From contig CBDIQC010000001.1 of assembly GCA_965283875.1 (NCBI GenBank), positions 106,085 to 170,084 of the forward strand: a stretch of 64,000 nt of DNA, written 5' to 3'. The notes beneath the pieces were generated by a model, which worked only from the letters and a program-made list of their open reading frames with translations, did not search any database and was not told where the DNA came from. Numbering within the stretch: the first letter of the stretch is position 1; each line of letters starts with the position of its first letter. Source of the DNA: an uncultured Elusimicrobia bacterium (GTDB lineage: Bacteria > Elusimicrobiota > Elusimicrobia > UBA1565 > UBA9628). Both the position numbers and the translations under genes were made by a program. Shown piece after piece: positions 10,529 through 20,210 of the stretch.

Positions 10529-11211
10529 CAGTCGAGCTTGATGCGGTAGCCGACGTTTTTGACCGTGGCCACGCGCGCGGCCTCGCCGCCGAGCTTCTCG
10601 CGCAGGCGGGCGACGTGCTGGTCCACGGTGCGGGTGTCGATCTCCATGGACTGGTCGTAGCCCCAGATCTTCTCGAGAATCTGGTCGCGGCTCATGACCT
10701 TGCCGCCGGCCGTGAGCAGGAGCTTGAGGAAGTCGAACTCCTTGGAGGTCAGCTCGACGGGTTTGCCCTTCACCTTCACCTCGTAACGCTCGATGTCGAG
10801 CTCGATGCCGCCCGCGCGCAGCAGCGCCGCGGGCGCGGCCCCCGGGCCGGCGCGGCGCAGGAGCGCCTTGACGCGCGCCATCAGCTCGCGCACGCCGAAC
10901 GGCTTGACCACGTAGTCGTCGGCGCCCAGCTCCAGACCCAGCACGCGGTCCACTTCCTCGCGGCGCGCGGTGAGCATCAAGACCGGCGCGGCGGATTCCT
11001 TGCGGAACAGCTTGAGGACCTCGAAGCCGTCGAGCTTCGGGAGCATCGCGTCGAGCACGATGAGCTCGGGCTTCTCCTTGCGCGCGGCGGTCATGCCGGC
11101 CTCGCCGTCGCCCGCGGTGACGACGCGGAAGCCCTCCTTCTCGAGGTTGTACTTGAGCAGGCGGACGATCTCCTTATCGTCTTCGACGACGAGGATCTTC
11201 TCCTGGGCCAT
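10528..11211 (-). CDS. phoB: OmpR/PhoB-family response regulator
   Basis: Receiver domain (ILVVEDD..LDAMLPKLDG..KPF) plus a winged-helix domain (TRTVDQHVARLREKL..VGYRI). Start taken as MAQEK (ATG 11209-11211); ATG 11232 is an alternative. Confidence 0.88.
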   Translation of the reverse strand: MAQEKILVVEDDKEIVRLLKYNLEKEGFRVVTAGDGEAGMTAARKEKPELIVLDAMLPKLDGFEVLKLFRKESAAPVLMLTARREEVDRVLGLELGADDYVVKPFGVRELMARVKALLRRAGPGAAPAALLRAGGIELDIERYEVKVKGKPVELTSKEFDFLKLLLTAGGKVMSRDQILEKIWGYDQSMEIDTRTVDQHVARLREKLGGEAARVATVKNVGYRIKLD

Positions 11212-11245
11212 GCGCTTATGGGACCAAATCATGGCGGAAAGGTCA

Positions 11246-11263
11246 ACGACGGCCGCGTGACGA
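11246..11263 (-). promoter_or_regulatory. Pho-box-like pair upstream of phoB
   Basis: Minus strand reads TCGTCAC-gcgg-CCGTCGT with an 11-bp period, about 12 nt upstream of CATGAT. Confidence 0.4.
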
Positions 11264-11268
11264 ACGGC

Positions 11269-11762
11269 TCAGCTCAGCTGGCGCAGGACGCGCGGGGGGA
11301 GGGACCAGGCCAGAGTCGCCTTGCCGGACGCGGGCTCGGAGAGCTCCAGGAGGCACGCCTGCGCCTTCTTGAGCGACAACACGGAGCGCGGCTCCCCGGT
11401 CAGCAGCCACGAGGCGAAGCGCGAGAGGTGCGGCTCGTGACCGACCAGGGCCACCTTCTCCTCCTCGCGCGCCGCCAGCCACGCGGCCAGCTCCTCGAAC
11501 GGGCGCGAGGGAACGAGCGCGGGGCACGCCGCCACCGGGGCGTCCAGTTCTCGCGCGAGCAGGGCCGCGGTCTGGCGCGCGCACGCAGCCACGGGCTGGT
11601 GCCGATGACGTCAACGCGCGCGAGCGCCGCGAGGCCTTCGGCCGCCTGCGCGCGTTTTTCGGCGCCCTCGGCCGTGAGCGGCCGCGCCGAGTCGGGACGT
11701 CCGGATTCGGCCCAGTCCGCCTTGTCGGCGGCGAGGCCGTGCCGCACGATCAGTAGCTCCAT
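11269..11762 (-). CDS. sixA: SixA-type phosphohistidine phosphatase, one frame break
   Basis: The N-terminus MELLIVRHGLA..RPLTAEGAEK..VIGTSP carries the RHG motif. The sequence continues in another frame as VAACARQTAALLA..VALVGHEPHLS. A 1-nt loss in a C run at ~11593 would join the two frames. Confidence 0.75.
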
Positions 11763-11769
11763 GCGGGTT

Positions 11770-11779
11770 ATGATATCAT
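11770..11779. promoter_or_regulatory. palindromic extended -10 (ATGATATCAT) shared by divergent sixA and the CYTH gene
   Basis: The intergenic region is only 23 bp. TGATATCAT reads identically on both strands, 6 nt before ATG 11786 (+) and 7 nt before ATG 11762 (-). Confidence 0.5.
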
Positions 11780-11785
11780 GCGGCC

Positions 11786-12571
11786 ATGTCCAAGGAGTTC
11801 GACGCCTTCGCGAAGCTCCTCTTCCGCCGGCTCGACATCGACGACCTGCGCAACGTCGAGATCGAGTGCAAGATGCGCGTGGACCCCGATGAGGCGTCCG
11901 AAGTGCGCGACTGGCTCCTCGACCTGAAGGACATCAAGCACCGCAAAAGCGTCTCCTTCTTCGACCAGTACCTCGACACGCCCGGCTACGAGGTGCTCAA
12001 GGCGGGGGCCTCGCTGCGCCTGCGCTACAAGAAAAACGGCACCGCCGTGTACCTGCAGTACAAAGGGCCGGGCTTCTTCAAGGACGGCCTGCTCTACCGC
12101 TCGGAGTTCGCCTCCGGCGAGCTCGAGAAGCTGGTGCGCGAGGAAAGCCATCACGACATCGTCCGTTTCTCCGACGACACGTTGGCCAACATCCTGCGGC
12201 GCAACGTCTCGCCGGACATGGCCGAATCCATGCGCCGCCACCTCGGCGCGGGCGTGGTCCGCCGCATCAATTGCGGGCCCATCCTGGCGCTCTACCAGAA
12301 GGAGAAGTTCGAGCTGGACCTGGGCTCCGCCTTCCTCGAGCCGTCCTTGGACCGCATCTCCGCCTTCCACATCGCCAAACGCGGCCTGCACGCCCTCTCG
12401 ACCTTCTGCGAGTTCGAGAACGAGATCAAGGCCGGCGACGGGTCGCTGGAGGCCAAACTCGAGCACATGGACGAGCTCATCGAGTTCAACGAGGAGATCC
12501 AGGACGAGTTCGACCTCCGCCCCGAGCGCCTCGACAAGTACCGCCGCTGCGCGTCCTTCTTCGTTAAGTAG
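11786..12571 (+). CDS. CYTH-domain (triphosphate tunnel metalloenzyme) protein
   Basis: 261 aa with the ExExK signature VEIECKMRV near the N-terminus. The charged beta-strand pattern is typical of CYTH. Confidence 0.8.
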   Translation: MSKEFDAFAKLLFRRLDIDDLRNVEIECKMRVDPDEASEVRDWLLDLKDIKHRKSVSFFDQYLDTPGYEVLKAGASLRLRYKKNGTAVYLQYKGPGFFKDGLLYRSEFASGELEKLVREESHHDIVRFSDDTLANILRRNVSPDMAESMRRHLGAGVVRRINCGPILALYQKEKFELDLGSAFLEPSLDRISAFHIAKRGLHALSTFCEFENEIKAGDGSLEAKLEHMDELIEFNEEIQDEFDLRPERLDKYRRCASFFVK

Positions 12572-14711
12572 TCTTGGTCCGGTCGGCCAGCGCGGAATCG
12601 CGGTAGTCGGAGCGCGCGAGGGCCTCGAAGAAGGTCTGGGAGCGCACGGGGGCGGCGCCGGGGCCCGGGCTGACGCGCGCATAGGAGCCGTCGGGCTTTA
12701 GCTGCCAGGCCTTCTGGTTGTCGGCCAGGCCCTTCCCCAGGATGGTGTCGCGCACGTATTTCTTGAGGGTGGGGTCCTTCACGGGGAAGGCCACCTCGTA
12801 ACGCGAGTAGAAGTTGCGCGGCATCCAGTCGGCGCTGGAGAGGTACATCTTGCGCGCGCCGCCGTGGCGGAAATAATACACGCGGCTGTGCTCGAGGAAG
12901 CGGTCGATGACGCTGACGACGCGGATGTTCTCGGAGAGGCCCGCGATGCCCGGACGCAGGCAGCAGATGCCGCGCACGAGCAGGTCCACCTTCACGCCGG
13001 CCGTCGAGGCGTCGTAAAGCGCCTCGACGATCTCGGGGTCCTGAAGGGAGTTCATCTTGGCGACGATGTGGCTCTTGCCGGTGAGGCGGTGAAAGCGCAC
13101 CTCCTCCTGGATGAGCCGCAGCATCTCATCGTGCAGATTGACCGGCGCCACGAGCAGCTCCGTGAGCCCCTCCGGGCGCTTGCCCTTCGACAAGGCGTCG
13201 AAATAATTCAGGACCTCGCGTCCCACGCCCTCGTCGGCGGTGAGCAGGCCGAGGTCGGTGTATTGGCGCGCGGTCACGGGATGGTAGTTGCCGGTGCCCA
13301 GGTGGGAGTAGATGCGCTCGACGCCCTCCTCCTCGCGCACGACGGCCGTGACCTTGGAGTGGACCTTGTAGCGGCCCAGGTGGCGCACCACGCGCACGCC
13401 GGCCTTGCGCAGCTCCTCGGCCCAGCGCAAATTATTCAGCTCGTCGAAGCGCGCCTTGATCTCGACGTAGGCCGTGACCTTTTTGCCGTTGGCCGCCGCG
13501 GTTTTGAGCGCGCCCATGATGGGCGAATCGGCGCTGGTGCGGTAAAGCGTGTGATAGATGCGGCGCACGCCCGGGTCGTGCGCCGCGGCCTCCATGAACT
13601 TGACCACGATGTCGAAGGCGTCGTAGGGATGGTGGAGCAGGATGTCCTTGCGCCTGACGATCTCGAAGGCCGAGGACGGCTTGCGGAAGGGGGCGGGCAC
13701 CTGGGGCTCGATGGGCGGGTAACGCAGGCCGCCCGCCTTGTGGGCTTCGATGCGCGAGAGCGTGCGCATGTCGAGCGGCAGGTCGAACCGGTAGAGCGAG
13801 GACGAATCCAGGCCTAACGCGGAGGCGAGGAACAACGCTCCCTCGGAGTAGGCGGGCGCGTCCACCTCCAGGCGCACCACCTTGGAGTGCAGGCGCCGCG
13901 CGACCGCCTCCATGATCTGCTCCTCCAGGTTCTCGTCGTCGTCGGGACGCCAGCGCAGGTCGGCGTCGCGGATGATCTTGAAGGGGAAGGACTCGATGAC
14001 CTCGCGGTCGGGGAACAGGTCGTCGGCGCGGTCGGAGAGCCAGCGCTCCGCCAAGGCGTAACGTTTCACGCCGTCCTTGGTGGGCAAGGAGACCAGCCGG
14101 CCTTCGCGGTCCTCGATGCTGATGATGGCGTATTCGCGCGGGAAACGCACGAACACGTGCAGGCGTTCGCTCATCAAGGCGGGCGGGGGCTCGGGGTAAC
14201 GCCGCACCATGACCTTGAGCGGCGGCAGGCGCTCCTGGATCTCGGAATCCGGCGCGGCCTCGGCCAGGAACTCCGTGAGCATCTCGATGCCCTCGGCCTT
14301 CAGCGCCCCGATGATGTCGCGCAGCACCTCGGCCTGGCGGGATTTCTGGCGCAAGGCGTGCTCGCGGATCTGCGCGATGACCTGGCGCGCGCTCATGCCG
14401 TCGGGGAAACGCTGCACCCCGCCGCCGCGTCGCGCGAGTTTGGCGATCTCGGCGACGCGCACCATGAAGAACTCATCGAGGTTCGATGACACGATGGCGC
14501 AGAAGCGCAGGCGCTCGAGCGCGGGCACCGAGGCGTCCGCGGCTTCGGAAAGCACGCGGTCGTTGAACGCCAGCCAGGACAGGTCGCGGTTGAAGAAGCG
14601 CTCCGTCTCGCGCAGGCCGCCGTCCTTGGGGGGCGCGGCGTGAGGCGCGTGGGCGTCGAGCTTCAGCGGCAGGATTTTGGAACGGGCCATGGCGTGATCC
14701 TTACGCGCCAT
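12564..14711 (-). CDS. ppk: polyphosphate kinase 1
   Basis: 715 aa. PPK1 N-terminus FFNRDLSWLAFNDRVLSEA, SNLDEFFMVRV and two PLD-like C domains. Translation may start at the second ATG (14690). Confidence 0.95.
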   Translation of the reverse strand: MARKDHAMARSKILPLKLDAHAPHAAPPKDGGLRETERFFNRDLSWLAFNDRVLSEAADASVPALERLRFCAIVSSNLDEFFMVRVAEIAKLARRGGGVQRFPDGMSARQVIAQIREHALRQKSRQAEVLRDIIGALKAEGIEMLTEFLAEAAPDSEIQERLPPLKVMVRRYPEPPPALMSERLHVFVRFPREYAIISIEDREGRLVSLPTKDGVKRYALAERWLSDRADDLFPDREVIESFPFKIIRDADLRWRPDDDENLEEQIMEAVARRLHSKVVRLEVDAPAYSEGALFLASALGLDSSSLYRFDLPLDMRTLSRIEAHKAGGLRYPPIEPQVPAPFRKPSSAFEIVRRKDILLHHPYDAFDIVVKFMEAAAHDPGVRRIYHTLYRTSADSPIMGALKTAAANGKKVTAYVEIKARFDELNNLRWAEELRKAGVRVVRHLGRYKVHSKVTAVVREEEGVERIYSHLGTGNYHPVTARQYTDLGLLTADEGVGREVLNYFDALSKGKRPEGLTELLVAPVNLHDEMLRLIQEEVRFHRLTGKSHIVAKMNSLQDPEIVEALYDASTAGVKVDLLVRGICCLRPGIAGLSENIRVVSVIDRFLEHSRVYYFRHGGARKMYLSSADWMPRNFYSRYEVAFPVKDPTLKKYVRDTILGKGLADNQKAWQLKPDGSYARVSPGPGAAPVRSQTFFEALARSDYRDSALADRTKTT

Positions 14712-14720
14712 GATAGCTCT

Positions 14721-15964
14721 TTAGCGTTCGTCTCGGCCCAGGCGCGCCGCCACGGCGAGCTGGGCCAGGACGAGGACTCCCAGACCCGCGCCCACGAGCG
14801 CGAACGAGCCGTAGGCCGTGAAACCGACGGCGAACGCCGCCGCCATGAGCCCTTTGAGCGTGACCGACGCCGAGGTCGTGCCCACGCGGGCCACCGACGT
14901 CACCCGTCCGAACAAGCCGGCCGGGGTGAGCTCGCCGAGCGCGCGCAGAAGCGAGAGCTCGGCGCAGGCGTTGGCCGCGCCGAAAATCGTCGCCCCCAGG
15001 ATCATGGGCCACAGGAGCGCCGGGGCCCAGGAGACGGCCAACGCGGCGGTGCCGACGGCGCCGACCAGCACGCTGGCCCGCGTGGACAGCTTCAAGCGGG
15101 GGAAGAGCAGCGCGCCGATGATGCCGCCCAAGCCGAAGGACGCGCCGATCCAGCCCACGGCGGCCGGCTGGCCCAGGATGGCCTTGGCGAAAAACGCCGC
15201 CCATACCTTGCGCAGGGGGAATAAATTGAACAACGCCAGGCCGGCGACCGGTCCGAGCAAGCGGCGGTCGCGCGCGATCTGGCGCCAGCCTTCCCAATCG
15301 AGCCAGGCGGCCTTCTTCACCGTCGCGAGCTTCACGGGCTGCACCCGCTCCGCGGGGACGCGGGCGTAAAGGAAGCCCGCGAGGAGGAATCCGACCGGGA
15401 TGGCCGCGTGCGCCGCGAAGCCCTGCTTCGTCAGCAGAAGGGCGCCCAGCAGCAGAGGACCGATGACCGCGCCCAGATCGAAGGTGAATTCGTAGGTCGC
15501 GTTGAGACGGTCGAGCTCCTGGCGGTCGCCGTCGGCCAAGCCCAGCGGCAGAGCGTGCACCGAGGTGTCCACGTAGCCCCGCACGAAAGCGTCGAGGGTG
15601 TACGCGCACAATGCCCAGGTCAAGGTGAGTCCGCCGAAGGCCCAGGCCAGCGGCACCAGGGCCAGGCCGCGGCGCGCCCCCAGGTCGCCAGCACGAGCGC
15701 GTTGCGGCAGCCGAGCCGGTCCACGGTCCCGCCGCTGACCAAGGTGCCCAGCATGTGCACCCCGGTCTCGGCCGACGCCACGAAGGCGGCCAGTCCGAGC
15801 GAGCCGGACAGCTCGGCGATGACCAACGGCTGGACGAGGTGCATCGCGTTGTTGGAAATCTGCGAGCTCAGCACGCCGGCGACGAAGCCGGACAAGGGCG
15901 CGCGGCGTTCCTCGGCGCGCGGCGCGGCGATTTCGGGCAGGGGAGCGGCGGCGGTCAGTTCCAT
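14721..15964 (-). CDS. MFS transporter (paralogue 1), one frame break
   Basis: The N-terminal 114-aa frame and the C-terminal 311-aa frame join at ~15665 (..ATWGRAAA / LALVPLAWAFGG..). About 12 TM overall. Confidence 0.75.
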
Positions 15965-16599
15965 GTCGTTTTCCTCACATATTCACGGCGGGCCGGCACG
16001 CTCACGAGGCGGCGCTCCGGCAGTATCAAGGCGGTCAACGAGCCGCCGTACACGCAGCCCGTGTCCAGGCCGACGGCGTTGGGTCTCAAGACGGGCTCGC
16101 GGCGGGCCCAATGCCCGAACACGACCAGCCGCGACTCGCGGTAATGCTCGCACCACGCCCGTCCGTCGTCGAGACGGCGCAGATTGGTGAGCTGGGCGCG
16201 GGACCGCCATTCCAGTCCTTCGCGCGGGTCGAAACCCGCGTGGACCACGGTGAAACCCTCGCCCGAGGCCGTCACGGGCCAGCGCTCGATGAAACGCATC
16301 GCGTCCTCGTAGCGCCCGCCGAGCTGACGGTAGGTCTCCTCGTCGTGCGCCTTCTCGCGTGAAAACGTGCCGGCCTTCCAATGGCTGAGCAGGCGCAGCT
16401 CGTGGTTGCCGATGACGCATTCGAGATTAGGCGCGGACATCGCCCAATCGAGCACGGCGCGGGAGTCGGGCCCCTTGGAGACGAGGTCCCCGACGCTGAT
16501 CAGCCGATCCTCGGGTCCCGCCTGCGTCGCGCGCAACAGATCCCGCAGCTCGTCGAAGCAGCCGTGCACGTCGCCGATGACGATGGTGCGGCGGCTCAT
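15955..16599 (-). CDS. PPP-family metallophosphoesterase (ApaH/PrpE-like)
   Basis: 214 aa with motifs GDVHG, GDLVSKGPDS and GNHE. ATGA overlap with the upstream gene and a 10-nt overlap with MFS-1. Confidence 0.85.
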   Translation of the reverse strand: MSRRTIVIGDVHGCFDELRDLLRATQAGPEDRLISVGDLVSKGPDSRAVLDWAMSAPNLECVIGNHELRLLSHWKAGTFSREKAHDEETYRQLGGRYEDAMRFIERWPVTASGEGFTVVHAGFDPREGLEWRSRAQLTNLRRLDDGRAWCEHYRESRLVVFGHWARREPVLRPNAVGLDTGCVYGGSLTALILPERRLVSVPARREYVRKTTWN

Positions 16600-18467
16600 T
16601 CGTCGCCGCCGTCGCCCGCGGGCTCGAGCCCGTCGCGTTTCATCTTCGCGAGGTAGCGCGCGTGCGCCTCGACGATTTCGTCGCGGATGGTACGGCCCGC
16701 CGCGGCGACGTCGTCGAAGCTCGCGTCGAGATGCGCCTCGAGCTCCTCGGCCGCGCTCCCGTCGAGCGAGAGGCGGTGCGCGCGGCCCAGCTGGGTGCCC
16801 ACGGCGTAGGCGAAGTCGGCCTGCTGGCTGAGCGTGAGCGCCTTCTTGATCTTCACGTTCTGCGGCGGCAGGCCGCGCACGTAATATTCGACGCCGTCCA
16901 GGCGCGCGCCGCCGGGCCGCAGCTCCCAGCCCGGCGCGTACAGATGCGTCGCGGCGAGCATCCGCTCGGCCTCCGAGCCGTAGGGGCTCTTGTACCACTC
17001 GGTGTCGGGGTCGGTGCGGGCGCGTTTGATGTTGAGGAACAGGCGGTCCTTGCCGGAGGCCGCGTTTTTGGGCGCGAGGACCACGAGGAACAGGTCGCGG
17101 AAGCCCATCGAGCCTTGCCCGCGACCCGCCTCCTCGATGAAGTAGTCGTCGAGCGTGCCGTCGCCGCGGCCGGCGGCGTAGGAGCGCACCAGCTCGACGA
17201 CGGCGGCGTCATCGGCGGGCAGCGGATTCTTGCGCATCTCCGCGGCCCACTTCTTGTTCGCGGCGAGATAGGCGTCGGTGCTGGCCTCGTCGGCCTCGGG
17301 CTCGACGTCCTTGAGCTGGCGGACCTCGGAGAACGGCCGCGCGGGGTGGCGGAAGCCGTAGAGGTAGCCCTTCTTGAGCTGGCGCAGCACCTCCTTATCG
17401 AGCAGCTCGTCGCCGCCCTTCTTGCGGCGCAGCGAGATGGAGACCATCAGCCGTACGAGGTCCAGGCGTAGGGGCCGACGCGCGAGCGGTCGAAGTCCAC
17501 CATGCGGCCGCGCCGTGGTTGACCTTGGCGTAGTTGTCGAGGTGGGGCGAGCCGTGCAGCAGCACGCGCGGCATCCGCATGTCCAAAAGCTGGGCGAAAC
17601 GCTCCTGCATGGGCAGCAGCATGTTGCGGAAGTAGAAGTGGCTCCCGCGTTTCTCGTGCGCGTAATTGCGGCGGATATTCTCCGCGTCGCCGGCCGGATC
17701 CTTGTCGAACAGGTTCGGCGCGGCGAAGGCCGCGGCGCGGCGGAAGGCGACGACAGCGGCCCGAGCGCCGCGAACGCGAGGCGCTCCGTGTCGGCGAAGA
17801 TTTCGTCGCGGCCGCGCGAGGAGTCCACCGTCTGGAAGCCGAACTCGCGCGCCTGTTTGTCGTATTCGGCCGTGACGCCGGTCTGGAACAGCTTGAAGTT
17901 CTCGATGGGGTCTTCGGAGAGGTTCGCGTCGAGGCCGGCCTCGTAGTATTTAAGGCCGCGGCGCGCCTTGGTTTCGGCGGCGGCCTCGGGGTCCTCTTCG
18001 AAGTCCTCGGACAGGCCGAGCCGGCCCTCGCTGCGCGACAGCACGCGCCCGATGGCCGTTTCGACCGGCAGGCGGTAATAAAGGGTCAGGTCCGGACGCG
18101 GCGCGAACTCGTACAGGTTGCGCAGCCACCGCGCGTCCATGCCGCGCACGCGGTCTCGGGCCAAGGCCGTGAAGAACCAGCGGTCGGCGAGCACGACCGC
18201 GCCGCGCTCCAGCGCCGGAAGGATGGTTTTATCGAGGCGGTCGGCCAGGTCGGAGGCGTGGAGCAGGGAGAACGTCTTGGGCGTCAGCGTGCGCTCCTTC
18301 TTGGCGCCTTTCACCGCGTCCGACACCAGGTCCGACGAGTTCCAGGTCGTGAGCACGACCTCGACGCCTTCGGCCTCGAGGCGCTCCTTGAGCCGCTCCA
18401 TCTGGGTGGATTTGCCGGACCCGTCGAGTCCTTCCACCACGATGAGCCGTCCGGGCAGGCCGTGCAC
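16596..18467 (-). CDS. thymidylate-kinase-like P-loop domain fused to a DUF2252-like (kinase-fold) domain, two compensating frame breaks
   Basis: The N-terminus after the GTG start reads HGLPGRLIVVEGLDGSGKSTQ (Tmk P-loop). The middle, ..RNMLLPMQERFAQLLDMRMPRVLLHGSPHLDNYAKVNHGAA, is in another frame at ~17770-17495. The first frame then resumes with VDFDRSRVGPYAWDLVRL... Confidence 0.7.
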   Translation of the reverse strand: MHGLPGRLIVVEGLDGSGKSTQMERLKERLEAEGVEVVLTTWNSSDLVSDAVKGAKKERTLTPKTFSLLHASDLADRLDKTILPALERGAVVLADRWFFTALARDRVRGMDARWLRNLYEFAPRPDLTLYYRLPVETAIGRVLSRSEGRLGLSEDFEEDPEAAAETKARRGLKYYEAGLDANLSEDPIENFKLFQTGVTAEYDKQAREFGFQTVDSSRGRDEIFADTERLAFAALGPLSSPSAAPRPSPRRTCSTRIRPATRRISAAITRTRNAGATSTSATCCCPCRSVSPSFWTCGCRACCCTARPTSTTTPRSTTARPHGGLRPLARRPLRLDLVRLMVSISLRRKKGGDELLDKEVLRQLKKGYLYGFRHPARPFSEVRQLKDVEPEADEASTDAYLAANKKWAAEMRKNPLPADDAAVVELVRSYAAGRGDGTLDDYFIEEAGRGQGSMGFRDLFLVVLAPKNAASGKDRLFLNIKRARTDPDTEWYKSPYGSEAERMLAATHLYAPGWELRPGGARLDGVEYYVRGLPPQNVKIKKALTLSQQADFAYAVGTQLGRAHRLSLDGSAAEELEAHLDASFDDVAAAGRTIRDEIVEAHARYLAKMKRDGLEPAGDGGDE

Positions 18468-20210
18468 CGGCGACGGGCGCGGCCCCGCGTCGGGCGCGGG
18501 ACATGACGCCCAAGAAACCCGTCGCCGACGGCGGCGCGGGCGCCGAGAGACGGCGGGCCGCCCGATGCTGGGCGGCCGCGACCACGGCGACGCCGCCCGC
18601 GATGAGCCAGAACGAGGACGCCGGCGCCAGCGCCGCGGCGAAGGCCAGGCCCGCCAGCACGCGCACGCCGAGCGAGGACAGGTTCGCGGTGAAACGCGCC
18701 GCGCCGACGGCCGCGCCGGCCTTGCCGTCGGGCGCGCGGGCCTGGAGCGCGGCGGCGAGCGAGAGCCGCGCGGACACGTTGGCCGCGGAGAAGGCCAGCA
18801 CGCCGAGGGCCGCGGGCAGGAAGGCGCCGGGCAGGAACGCCGCGCCGAGGGACGCGGCGCCGACCACGCCGACCGTCAGCCAGGTTCCAAGCGCCGATTT
18901 TGGAGAAAAGCGGCCATAGGCCACCGAGCCGATGAGGCCGCCCACGCCGAAAAGGCCCACGAGCCAGGCGGCCGAGGCGGGATCGGCGAGCACCTGCTCG
19001 GCGAACACCGCGGGCAACACGGCCTTCAGGGGGTATAACGTGAGCAGGGCCGTGGCGAAAGAGCCGTGCGCGTCCACCCGTCGAAGACCGGGCGCGACGC
19101 CGGAGGCTGCGGGGCCTGCGGGCGGTCGGCAGGGAAGCCGCGCGCGGCAGGCCGAGTACGAGAGCGCGACGCCGGCGAACACCGCCGGGGCCAGCCACAA
19201 CGCGGCGGGCGACGCCGCGCCGCCCGCGGTGAGGATCAGGGCGCCCACGAGGAACGGCCCCGCGAGGCTCCCGCTCCGAAGAAACCTTGGTTCTTGGCGA
19301 GAATTTTCTTGAGAAGCGGGACGTCCTTTCCGGCGAACTCGAGAGGAACCGTGTTGCGCGCCGTATCGGCGACGCCGCGCGCGAGCGATTCCCGCCTGTA
19401 AACCGCGAACACGGCCGGCATGGTCAAGCCGCCGGTCGCGGCGAGCAACGGCAGCGCCGCTACGGCCGCGCCGCGAGCCAGCGTGGTCGCGACCAGCACG
19501 GCGCGCGAGCCGAAGCGGTCCACGAGGCGGCCGCCGAGCAAGGTGCCGGCCGCGTCGATGGTCGAGGCCAGGGCCGCGCAGGCCGCGGTCGCGGCCGAGC
19601 CCGTGACCGTGAGCAGCAGCAGGGGCATCGTCACCTGCAGCGCGTTGGAGGCGAGCTGCGCGCCGAAGGTGCCGGCGAGGAAGGCCTTCAGGCGGGGGGC
19701 GGGTTTGGCCGGGCGCGCGGGCGCGGGGATGGAGGGGGAGTCGTTGGGAGAAGAGCGGACGGCTCCGCGCGGCAACGGGATGGAAACGGATTGGGCGGCG
19801 ATTCCCAGGGGCACGGCTTCGCCCGCCGCTTCGCGGCGGGCGGGTTGGTCAACGAAGTCCACCGCGGCGCGGTCTTGGGCGGCGTCGGAAGGACGGGCGG
19901 CGACCTCGCCGGCGGCGACGGCCGCGGCGGCGGCGAGCGTGATGGCGGCGGCAGGGGCGGGGGCGGGCGCGGCGGCAACGGCGGTACGCGGCCGGCTTCG
20001 AGCGAGCGGCGGGCGCGAATAACGGCGTATTAAGGAGAGCGCCGGCGCCGACTGGCCGACGGTGAGCGGCGGGGCCGTCAGGCGGACCATGCCGACGGCC
20101 GGCGTCGAAAACGCCGGGGACAGACGCGGGACCCCGATGCGGGCCAAAGCGGCCGACGCGGGGGCGGGGATGGTCTGGAGGAGCAACGCGGCGATGATTA
20201 ATCGTCTCAC
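18468..20210 (-). CDS. MFS transporter (paralogue 2) with ~190-aa Ala/Pro-rich N-terminal extension, frame break ~19262, 3' end undefined
   Basis: GTG 20208-20210. The MFS part aligns with paralogue 1 (SNALQVTMPLLLL; LYPLKAVLPAVFAEQVL). No stop occurs in any frame before the Tmk-like start. Confidence 0.6.
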
